A DNA stretch of 32,000 nucleotides, taken from positions 1 to 32,000 of the forward strand of contig PWLL01000077.1 of assembly GCA_003559395.1 (NCBI GenBank), given 5' to 3'. The notes below the pieces were generated by a model. That model ran no database searches. It saw only the letters and a program-made list of their open reading frames with translations, and was not told the origin of the DNA. The first letter of the stretch is position 1, and the number at the start of each line of letters is the position of its first letter. The position numbers were made by a program, and so were the translations under genes. Shown piece by piece: positions 1-6,705 of the stretch. Source of the stretch: Candidatus Iainarchaeum sp. Its GTDB lineage: Archaea > Iainarchaeota > Iainarchaeia > Iainarchaeales > CSSED10-239.

Positions 1-991
1 CATTTTTATAACTAAAAATTGTACCGTCTTCTAACAAACCTTTTCTTTTATAACTCATTCTCAAGAAATACCATTTTCTTAAAAGCTTGCCCATCAATCC
101 CAATTCTTCATTATTATAATATGCTTCAACTTGAAACAACTTGCCGCCGTGCCACCCAGTATTGTCTTTGTTTCTACTATGTAAGTTTGCTTGAATCATT
201 ATGTGTGGGTACAAGCTGCTGTAATCATTTGCTATTATTAAGTCATAAAAAGATATTTTTTTATCTGTTATGTTTTGTTTTGCGTGAAATTCTTTGTCCG
301 CAGGATAACTAACATAACCTCCTTCTATTTTCACTCTCTCGTTGTTATCTTTATTATAAATAGGTTCTAAATCTAACGCATAACAATCTGCTTTATAACC
401 AAACTTAGCCATAGTATCAGTTAAATATTTTTTCTTTTTAACATCATCTTCAGAAACAAAATCTTTAAACGCTTCAAAATATTTCTCTAACCACTCGTAT
501 AATTTTTTGGTTATTTCTATATCTCGTTTAGTATATTTTATTATTTTTTTTCTTTCTTCTGGAGTCCAAGTGTTTTTATTAAATATATTATAATCTATTT
601 TATCTTTTGCTTCTTCGTCTGTTACTAAATCTAAAAATCTTGTAATGTAATCAAGACTATAACTCATTAATTCTAATCCAAGCATTCCTTTTTTTGTCGT
701 CATAGAACCTGCTCTTTTTTTTATTATGTCGTAACAATCAACAAATAATTTATAGTCTAATTTTACTCCAAACTTTTCTATTATGGGGTTGTCAAACTCT
801 ATATTATTAAACCCAACCAATATTCTGTGTTCGTCGACAAGTTTTTGTATAAATTCTTTATCTGTATAAGGTATAATATAATGTTTATTTGTTTTATAAG
901 AATATGCACCAAATACTTTTAATTCATTATCATTAACATCTCCTGTCTTATTGCTAGTTTCTATATCATATATTAAAACATCTTCTTCCAT
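1..991 (-). CDS. polB: Family B DNA polymerase, N-terminal ~330 codons (partial; continues past the left edge)
   Basis: Absent from the ORF track because it has no stop in the window. The minus-strand frame from ATG at 991-989 reads MEEDVLIYDIETS (ExoI DxE), GFNNIEFDNPII (ExoII), YTKRDIEITKKLY (ExoIII YxxxD) and DYSSLYPHIM (motif A, DxxSLYP). The frame stays open to position 2. Confidence 0.85.
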   Translation of the reverse strand, partial: MEEDVLIYDIETSNKTGDVNDNELKVFGAYSYKTNKHYIIPYTDKEFIQKLVDEHRILVGFNNIEFDNPIIEKFGVKLDYKLFVDCYDIIKKRAGSMTTKKGMLGLELMSYSLDYITRFLDLVTDEEAKDKIDYNIFNKNTWTPEERKKIIKYTKRDIEITKKLYEWLEKYFEAFKDFVSEDDVKKKKYLTDTMAKFGYKADCYALDLEPIYNKDNNERVKIEGGYVSYPADKEFHAKQNITDKKISFYDLIIANDYSSLYPHIMIQANLHSRNKDNTGWHGGKLFQVEAYYNNEELGLMGKLLRKWYFLRMSYKRKGLLEDGTIFSYKN

Positions 992-993
992 TA

Positions 994-1227
994 TCAAATG
1001 TCTCCGTTTGATTTCATTATTGATAACATTCCACCAACTAATATAGTTATTATTCCTGTAGTATACATGACGCCGCTAATCCAATTAAACATATTAATAC
1101 CTATTAATGGTAACACAATTGGGGTACAAGTTATTATTATTCCTATTATTAATACTGGGTGAACCCCAGAAAAACTTGGTCGTTCATAATATTGTCCTTT
1201 TTTATTCAAAAAATTGTTGTTTGACAT
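994..1227 (-). CDS. Small membrane protein (two hydrophobic helices)
   Basis: ORF track. Hydrophobic runs VLIIGIIITCTPIVLPLIGI and GIITILVGGMLSI. The stop lies 3 nt from the polB ATG. Confidence 0.5.
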   Translation of the reverse strand: MSNNNFLNKKGQYYERPSFSGVHPVLIIGIIITCTPIVLPLIGINMFNWISGVMYTTGIITILVGGMLSIMKSNGDI

Positions 1228-1772
1228 TTTTCACCTAATTTGTATTTTTCTTTAATCCACTTGTATTGTTTGTATTTTTTTAACTTATTATTTTTTATTC
1301 CATTAATTAGTTTTCTCAAATGTTCTCTTAATCGTTCTTCTTTCATTCCCGGTTTCCAATCAAGAACTATTTTTAAAACTTTTTCCTCACTATCTATTAG
1401 TGGGTGCAACAAAGCTTTTATTAATAATGATGTGTAACTTTCAACGTTTTTTTCGTTGGTTATTTTGACTTTTGGAACTTCAACCGTTTTTGTTTTTTCT
1501 TTTGGTTTTTTTGTTGAAACTTTTTTTTCTTCTTTAATAACTTCTTGTATTAGTTGTTCGTTTGTTTTAGATTCTAATTGTTTTTCAAGTGTTTGATTCA
1601 TCAATCTTATTTTTTCTGTGTTTAATTCTTTATATTTTTCTTCTAATTCTTCCATCTGTTTATTAAAATCATTAGAACTTATACTGTCTTCTTTGTGATT
1701 TAAATCTATTTTTTCTTTTATTATTTGTTTAATTTTTTCATTAATTTCTTCAATCATACCAGTCACCCTCAA
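1206..1772 (-). CDS. Lys/Glu-rich coiled-coil protein, function unknown
   Basis: ORF track. Long charged heptad-like stretches. Overlaps both neighbours in operon fashion. Confidence 0.5.
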   Translation of the reverse strand: MRVTGMIEEINEKIKQIIKEKIDLNHKEDSISSNDFNKQMEELEEKYKELNTEKIRLMNQTLEKQLESKTNEQLIQEVIKEEKKVSTKKPKEKTKTVEVPKVKITNEKNVESYTSLLIKALLHPLIDSEEKVLKIVLDWKPGMKEERLREHLRKLINGIKNNKLKKYKQYKWIKEKYKLGEKCQTTIF

Positions 1773-2307
1773 ACGTTATATAAACATTAAAACCTTTAAG
1801 TTTTATTTTAAAAACATTTTCTTTAAAATTGTCATTAACTATGATATTTATTTTATCTTTTTTTATTGTTTGAACTATTGCAAAATTTTCTATTAAATCT
1901 AAATCATCTTCATCGTGCATTTCAAAAACATATTCAACATTTAATTTGTTTAATCGTTTCAAAACAGTATCTTCTAAACAATGTAAATTATGAGTTTGTA
2001 ATTTTACTATAAATTCTATGTTGTTTGCTGTTGTGAGAGGTTTTGTTTTACCATTAATAAATACTAACACTCTTGCCAAAGGATTGATTTTTTGTATCTT
2101 TTTACACAAGCCATTTACTTCTTTTTGTTGTGTTAATAATTCATCTCCTTTAATGGTTATTATTTGGTGTGGAGAAACATTTTTAATAATTGTTTCTATT
2201 GATTCTTGATAACCTTTTTGACTTAATTCTATTATATAAGATTGTTTACCTATCAAATGTTCTTTTAAAAAATTAACTTCTTCTCTACTTATTTTTAGCA
2301 TTATCAA
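1750..2307 (-). CDS. Hypothetical protein
   Basis: ORF track. 185 codons open in a very AT-rich background and co-oriented with overlapping neighbours. Confidence 0.5.
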   Translation of the reverse strand: MIMLKISREEVNFLKEHLIGKQSYIIELSQKGYQESIETIIKNVSPHQIITIKGDELLTQQKEVNGLCKKIQKINPLARVLVFINGKTKPLTTANNIEFIVKLQTHNLHCLEDTVLKRLNKLNVEYVFEMHDEDDLDLIENFAIVQTIKKDKINIIVNDNFKENVFKIKLKGFNVYITFEGDWYD

Positions 2308-2662
2308 AATCCTCTACTTCTTTTTTTAATTTTTCCAAATCAACTTTTTCTCTTTTTTTTATTTTACTTTTTTTCAAAAAATGTTTAATGTCTTCATCAG
2401 TTATATTTAATAATGTTAATAATTTATTAACAATTTTTAATGTTTTTTTTCCTTCATCTGTTAAATATATGTTATGTCTTGCACCAACTTTTTTTAATGT
2501 TATCCATTTTAATTTAATAAAAGATTTTTTTATGTCATGTAAATGTTTATAAGTTATTTTACTATCTAAAAAAATATCATATAAGCACCTACCATCTTTT
2601 TCTAAAAATTTTAAAAAAATCATATAGTCTGGAATAATTATTTGTTTGTGTTGTGTGTTCAT
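2285..2662 (-). CDS. Putative winged-helix DNA-binding protein
   Basis: ORF track. The ITYKHLHDIKKSFIKLKWITLKKVGARHNIYLTDEGKK segment has a helix-turn-helix plus beta-wing pattern. Motif-level guess only. Confidence 0.4.
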   Translation of the reverse strand: MNTQHKQIIIPDYMIFLKFLEKDGRCLYDIFLDSKITYKHLHDIKKSFIKLKWITLKKVGARHNIYLTDEGKKTLKIVNKLLTLLNITDEDIKHFLKKSKIKKREKVDLEKLKKEVEDFDNAKNK

Positions 2663-2732
2663 TTTTTAAAACCCCATTAATCCTTGTTTTGGTTTAGTTG
2701 TTGGTCATTCTTTATCACCTTGTTCGAGAAGA

Positions 2733-2752
2733 CTCTGCCCTTCAGGGCGGAG
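2733..2752 (+). repeat. Hairpin at the right end of the IscB insertion: CTCTGCCC-TTCA-GGGCGGAG
   Basis: 8-bp stem (one G:T pair) with a TTCA loop, read directly. Same core and orientation as the hairpin at 4186-4205. Confidence 0.6.
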
Positions 2753-2774
2753 ATGAATCGAACCTCGTTCTCGT

Positions 2775-4139
2775 TCATATTTGTAATCCTTTTCCATATT
2801 TTGTTACCTCTACACATTTAATATTTTTGTTAATTGTATTTCCTAAATCATCTGTTAATTTAACCCAAGTTCCTTTGTTAAACACACCTTTAGATGTATA
2901 AATTTTGTTGTCAAATTTAACTAAATCATTTGATTGTATTTTGTATCTCTGCCTTCTAATACTTGGTTTAAACCCTTTCCTGTTAAGTTGCAGGCAACGA
3001 TTGTTTCTTCTTATTTGCTTCAAATTACTGATTATACATCTTGTTTGATTACTTCCACCAGCTATGATGAATGCGTCGTTTACGTGTGATTTTTCTAATT
3101 CAAGTTTTTGTCTGTTTTCTTTTGTTATGTAACCAAACGTGTGTTCGTAATTGTTTTTATCAACTAATCTTGTCCAAACATTGTTCATAACGCTTGTGTC
3201 TTTGAAACTTTTTGGTTTAGTAAATTTGTGTTTGATTTTTCCTGAGTGAAAATCTTTGTGGCACTTTAAATGTAATGTAACTAAGTTATCGGGTCTATTA
3301 CTACCACCATCTTTTCTCTGAATAATATGGTGTGTTTCAAGTATTCCTCCTTGCTCTTTGCATATTTGACAAGTGTATTTATCTCTTGTAAATATGAATG
3401 CTCTAAGGTTATTATAACCGCTCATTTGACCTTGTTGATACTCGGCTCCTTCTATGTCTGCATTTTGTAGTTTCTGTGTGTCAAACTTTGCAACTTCCAC
3501 GACTATGTTGTTAATAGGTAACAACTTTGTTATTTTGTTAATTAATGTTTGGTGTGTGTCAAGTTTATGTTGTATACTTGGTGCTAGCCAACCTTCTTCT
3601 CGTTTTCGGTTGTTGAATCTTGGTTCTCGATACCATAACTTGTTACGTCTTCCTCTTCTATACATTGCTCGCTCTATTAGTTTTTCACTCACATTTTGTC
3701 TTAGTTCTAATTCACCACTCACCAATTCTTGTGTCTCAGTTATCGCTGAGAAACCAATCACTTTACTTCCTGCATCTATGCCGAGAGTGATTGGTTGCGT
3801 GGTTTCTCCTGTTGCAATAGTTAGTTGTATAGTGAATGGTTTTCTTTTGATAACTATTGCTTTTCCTTGTTTTAGTAATTTGTTTGCTTTTTGTTGTTTG
3901 CAAGGCATCAAAGGTTGCCCCTTGATGTTTTGCACATACACAATATCAGATACTCTCAAGTTCTGATTCCCTGTATGTTGGGAATGGTTCTCTTCGGAGT
4001 TGTTAGAAAAGGTTTTTAAGTCTTGCTCACTAAGAATTTCCTCTCTGTTTAAAGACAAGACCATAGAGCTACCGACTAGAGAAGTATCAGTAGGTATGTA
4101 TGTATTTCTCTTTCCTAACTTCTGCATTTTTGTTTCCAT
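2775..4139 (-). CDS. iscB: IscB, an OMEGA-family RNA-guided RuvC/HNH nuclease
   Basis: Motifs in order: PLMP domain VYVQNIKGQPLMPCKQQKANKLLKQGKAIVIKRKPFTIQL; RuvC-I LGIDAGSKVIGFSAI; Arg-rich bridge helix RAMYRRGRRNKLWYREPRFNNRKR; RuvC-II IVVEVAKFD; HNH CQICKEQGGILETHHIIQRKDGGSNRPDNLVTLHLKCHKDFH; RuvC-III HVNDAFIIAGG; beta-rich C-terminal tail. The conserved core starts near residue 61 (TTG at 3959 or GTG at 3941). The ATG at 4139 has an AGGAGG 5 nt upstream, so the true start is uncertain. Confidence 0.85.
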   Translation of the reverse strand: METKMQKLGKRNTYIPTDTSLVGSSMVLSLNREEILSEQDLKTFSNNSEENHSQHTGNQNLRVSDIVYVQNIKGQPLMPCKQQKANKLLKQGKAIVIKRKPFTIQLTIATGETTQPITLGIDAGSKVIGFSAITETQELVSGELELRQNVSEKLIERAMYRRGRRNKLWYREPRFNNRKREEGWLAPSIQHKLDTHQTLINKITKLLPINNIVVEVAKFDTQKLQNADIEGAEYQQGQMSGYNNLRAFIFTRDKYTCQICKEQGGILETHHIIQRKDGGSNRPDNLVTLHLKCHKDFHSGKIKHKFTKPKSFKDTSVMNNVWTRLVDKNNYEHTFGYITKENRQKLELEKSHVNDAFIIAGGSNQTRCIISNLKQIRRNNRCLQLNRKGFKPSIRRQRYKIQSNDLVKFDNKIYTSKGVFNKGTWVKLTDDLGNTINKNIKCVEVTKYGKGLQI

Positions 4140-4191
4140 CTTTGCCTCCTAATCAACCAATTGCTCTCAAACCTCACGGCTCAAGCCCCTT
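3960..4191 (-). ncRNA. Candidate omega-RNA scaffold for IscB (guide predicted from the flank at 4192 to about 4211)
   Basis: In known loci, IscB omega RNAs lie directly 5' of, or overlapping, the iscB start. My hand count gives about 41% G+C over 3961-4200, against about 20% for 4321-4380. Several stems are visible on the minus strand, e.g. ATTCCC-N8-GGGAAT and GTCTTG-N31-CAAGAC. No covariance model was run. Confidence 0.4.
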
Positions 4192-4673
4192 CCTTCAGGG
4201 AGGGGTGATTGACATGTTCGTAATTGGTCTATGTTCATATAATTTCTAGTCCAGTATTGTTTATCTATTCCATAAAAACTGAACCAATTAACTTTGTCTT
4301 TATCGATTTCTTTTAACAATGTTTGTTTCATTAAATTTATTTGTGTATCAGATAAGTTAAAATGTTTTTGTATTTTTTCGTATAAAAAAAAGTATCTATC
4401 TTGTTTGTCATCTTTTTTTGGATATTTAATAAAAGGTGTTTTGTTCAATTTTTTTCCATCAAAAAACAACAACGACCATGCAGCACTTAAATACACTTTA
4501 GGGGATGTGTAGAACACGAATTTGTTTAATACTCTTGCTTGCCGCACGGTTATGTTGTTCAAAGAAAGAAATCTTTGAATTACTACTGGTTGAATACAAC
4601 TATCGTCTAATTCAATAATCCATTTACTTGATGGATTAGTATACAAGTTTTTCAATATATCAAACACGTTCAT
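4167..4673 (-). CDS. Hypothetical protein, possibly a clamp-loader accessory subunit (T4 gp62-like); its 3' end is altered by the IscB insertion
   Basis: ORF track. It overlaps the stop of the RFC-like gene and follows the T4-like order clamp, loader, gp62. PVVIQRFLSLNNITVRQARVLNKF loosely resembles the gp62-family pattern as I remember it. The last 7 codons (RGLSREV) are read from inside the insertion. Confidence 0.4.
   Translation of the reverse strand: MNVFDILKNLYTNPSSKWIIELDDSCIQPVVIQRFLSLNNITVRQARVLNKFVFYTSPKVYLSAAWSLLFFDGKKLNKTPFIKYPKKDDKQDRYFFLYEKIQKHFNLSDTQINLMKQTLLKEIDKDKVNWFSFYGIDKQYWTRNYMNIDQLRTCQSPLPEGRGLSREV
4186..4205 (+). repeat. Hairpin at the left end of the IscB insertion: CCCCTTCC-TTCA-GGGAGGGG
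   Basis: 8-bp stem (one G:T pair) with a TTCA loop, read directly. It straddles the insertion boundary at 4191/4192. Confidence 0.6.
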
Positions 4674-5572
4674 TTTACCATTTCTATTAATGAAGTTGTG
4701 AAAATTATTATTGGTTCTCCTTCATTAAATTTTAAATCATTTGCACAAGTTACTTGAATCATTTTAACATTGTCTTCCAAACAAGATTTTAACCAAAAAA
4801 ATTTGTTCAAATTTCTAAAATCTATCTCGTGAGTAAAAACATATTCTTGCACAAATCGTCTATCTTTTTCTTTTATTTTGTCCCACAACATCTGATATTC
4901 GTCGTCAGAACTTTTTGCGTTTGTTTTTGTTACAGGTTTGTTATCTATTTTTAAATCTTGTAACACTTGCACACAATTTCTAATACTTGGATAATTTATA
5001 TCAACAATGTTTTGTAGTCCTTCTAAGTCATATTCTAAGTTTTCGTTAACACATATTTTCATTAAGTATTCTACTATTTCTTCTTTTTTTGGTTGATTGA
5101 ATTTTATTGTTGCACAACGACTTTTTAGTGCGTCACTTATTTTGTGGTAATAGTTACAAGAAATTATAAACAAAGCATTCTCGTGGTATATTTCCATCAA
5201 ACTTCTTAAAGCGTCTTGTGCGTCATTGGTTAATTTGTCTCCTTCATCAAAGAACACTATTCTTCTAACACCTTTTTTTGTGGATTGTGTTTTTACAAAT
5301 CCATTAACTTTATCTCTAATTGTTTCTATTTTTCTATCGTCAGAACCATTCAACATAAGTGCATCTGCACCTAATGTTTTAATAATAATTCGGGCAATTG
5401 ACGTTTTGCCCGTACCCGCCGTATCAGAATGAAGTATTAAATGTTGCATTGATTGTGGTTCTTGTAATCTATTAGCAATTTTATTTTTTACTTCTAATCC
5501 AACAAAGCTTTCTAATGTTTTTGGTCTATATTTTTCAATCCACATACTATTAATAGGGTCAAATTCTTTCAT
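4670..5572 (-). CDS. Clamp-loader AAA+ ATPase (RFC small subunit / gp44-like)
   Basis: WIEKYRPKTLESFVG (RFC box II), Walker A GTGKTS, Walker B FFDEGD, QDALRSLME, and the SRC motif in LKSRCATIKF. Confidence 0.85.
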   Translation of the reverse strand: MKEFDPINSMWIEKYRPKTLESFVGLEVKNKIANRLQEPQSMQHLILHSDTAGTGKTSIARIIIKTLGADALMLNGSDDRKIETIRDKVNGFVKTQSTKKGVRRIVFFDEGDKLTNDAQDALRSLMEIYHENALFIISCNYYHKISDALKSRCATIKFNQPKKEEIVEYLMKICVNENLEYDLEGLQNIVDINYPSIRNCVQVLQDLKIDNKPVTKTNAKSSDDEYQMLWDKIKEKDRRFVQEYVFTHEIDFRNLNKFFWLKSCLEDNVKMIQVTCANDLKFNEGEPIIIFTTSLIEMVK

Positions 5573-5592
5573 CTTATTTACCTAAAAAAATT

Positions 5593-5805
5593 TTAATCTT
5601 CGTCAGAAAAATTTATTTCTTGCACTACTAAAGTATATAATACAACATCTAAATTATGTTCGTCTTTATACACTGTTGTTGTTAGTTGAACTTTTGTTGG
5701 TTCTTTACCAAAAGATTCTCTATATTCTTGTTGTAATCTTTCGTAATCAGTATCTTCTAGTATATATAAATTGTTTGTGTAATTCATTTTTTTAGTCCTC
5801 CGCAT
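5593..5805 (-). CDS. Hypothetical small protein
   Basis: ORF track. Lies between the clamp and clamp-loader genes and overlaps the clamp stop. Confidence 0.45.
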   Translation of the reverse strand: MRRTKKMNYTNNLYILEDTDYERLQQEYRESFGKEPTKVQLTTTVYKDEHNLDVVLYTLVVQEINFSDED

Positions 5806-6490
5806 CTATTCTTGGTGCTAATAAAAATTGTATTTTATATTTGTCGTTTTCAATAACTGCTTTTATTAAATAATCTGGTTTTGCTTCAAACGCTATTGTG
5901 TCGTCAATACTTTTAAACATTTTAACAAATGGTTCTCCAAACTTTAATTTTACTCCACCTTTAGTTCCTTCGCTTTTAATATTTCTTGTAAATTTGTATT
6001 TTCCATCGTTAGATAATATTAATCCATTTTCAACAGTTTCTATTCTTACCAAAATATCTTTGTTAAGTTGTGTGTCTTGAATAAAGTCTATTAATTCTTT
6101 TCCGTTTACATTAAAACTTGTTGTAAATTCTTGTAGTTTTGGAACATCTGGCATTGGTGTGATAAATCTTTCGTCGACCAATTCAAGTTTTAGTTCTTTG
6201 GAATTTGTTTTTGCTGTTAGTAAATTTCCTTCAACATTAAATTCTATTTCTTTTTCTAATCTGTTAAACACTTGTACTAAAACAGATAATTCGTCCACAC
6301 CCACTTTTCCCAATGCAACATAATCAACAAAATTTTCTTTTTTTAATGTTGCATGAACCATACTGGTTGCATCTGCTGTTACTGCTTCAACATATAAACC
6401 TTTATCTGTAAAGTCTAAAAGACATTGGTCTACTTGTTCCATTCTTATTTTTTTCAAAAAATCTATTAACACATTTTTTTCTATTTTCAT
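5792..6490 (-). CDS. PCNA-like sliding clamp
   Basis: 232 aa, the typical clamp size. The C-terminal YKIQFLLAPRIDAED resembles the PCNA C-terminus (YYLAPKIEDEE type). Sits next to the clamp loader. Confidence 0.7.
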   Translation of the reverse strand: MKIEKNVLIDFLKKIRMEQVDQCLLDFTDKGLYVEAVTADATSMVHATLKKENFVDYVALGKVGVDELSVLVQVFNRLEKEIEFNVEGNLLTAKTNSKELKLELVDERFITPMPDVPKLQEFTTSFNVNGKELIDFIQDTQLNKDILVRIETVENGLILSNDGKYKFTRNIKSEGTKGGVKLKFGEPFVKMFKSIDDTIAFEAKPDYLIKAVIENDKYKIQFLLAPRIDAED

Positions 6491-6648
6491 TTTTTACCTC
6501 GTTGTTTTTTTGTTGTTATGACTTCTTTTATATCTAATTCTTTCTTCATTATAGTTCTCATTTTTTCCAATATTTGTTTTTTGTTTGGCAAAAATTTTGT
6601 TGTATAATCTTCATCATTTAGATACATTGTTACTTGTATGTTTGGCAT
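6487..6648 (-). CDS. Small protein (53 aa), possibly ribbon-helix-helix
   Basis: Below the ORF-track size cut-off. ATG at 6648 has GGAGG about 8 nt upstream. Reads MPNIQVTMYLNDEDYTTKFLPNKKQILEKMRTIMKKELDIKEV... The TGA stop overlaps the clamp ATG (ATGA). It is the first gene after the promoter box at 6691-6698. Confidence 0.4.
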   Translation of the reverse strand: MPNIQVTMYLNDEDYTTKFLPNKKQILEKMRTIMKKELDIKEVITTKKQRGKK

Positions 6649-6674
6649 TTTTTGTTCCTCCGTATTCTTTAATT

Positions 6675-6705
6675 AACTAAACATAACTACTATATAAATG
6701 TTTTG
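6675..6705 (-). promoter_or_regulatory. BRE/TATA-like promoter box (minus strand CAAAACATTTATATAGTAGTTATG)
   Basis: Member of the conserved motif family found at 10054-10107, 14083-14136, 19590-19610 and 20641-20665. The TATA element (6698 to 6691) overlaps the stop codon of the upstream helicase gene. Confidence 0.55.

Larger units (their letters stand above)
2739..4191 (-). mobile_element. IscB plus candidate omega-RNA insertion, IS200/IS605-like and non-autonomous (no tnpA in the window)
   Basis: Bounded by a 9-nt direct repeat, CCTTCAGGG, at 2739-2747 and 4192-4200, so the boundary is ambiguous by 9 nt. Both ends carry CCC-TTCA-GGG hairpins. The flanks 4192-4213 and 2711-2738 occur joined together at 29359-29408. 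G+C is visibly higher than in the surroundings. Confidence 0.6.

Noticed and set aside
19-312. Plus-strand ORF of 97 aa. Similar antisense ORFs occur at 1240-1437, 2018-2209, 3454-3966, 5226-5432, 6895-7107, 7627-7878, 8747-9169 and elsewhere.
   Set aside because: They lie opposite genes with clear protein motifs such as polB, iscB, RFC and the helicase. They translate to low-complexity F/L/S/C-rich strings, as expected from reading AT-rich coding DNA in antisense.
2748-2775. GGTTCGATTC-like string on the minus strand that resembles a tRNA T-arm.
   Set aside because: I could not build T-stem pairing, an acceptor stem or a cloverleaf around it. It is more simply the 3' tail of the IscB element.
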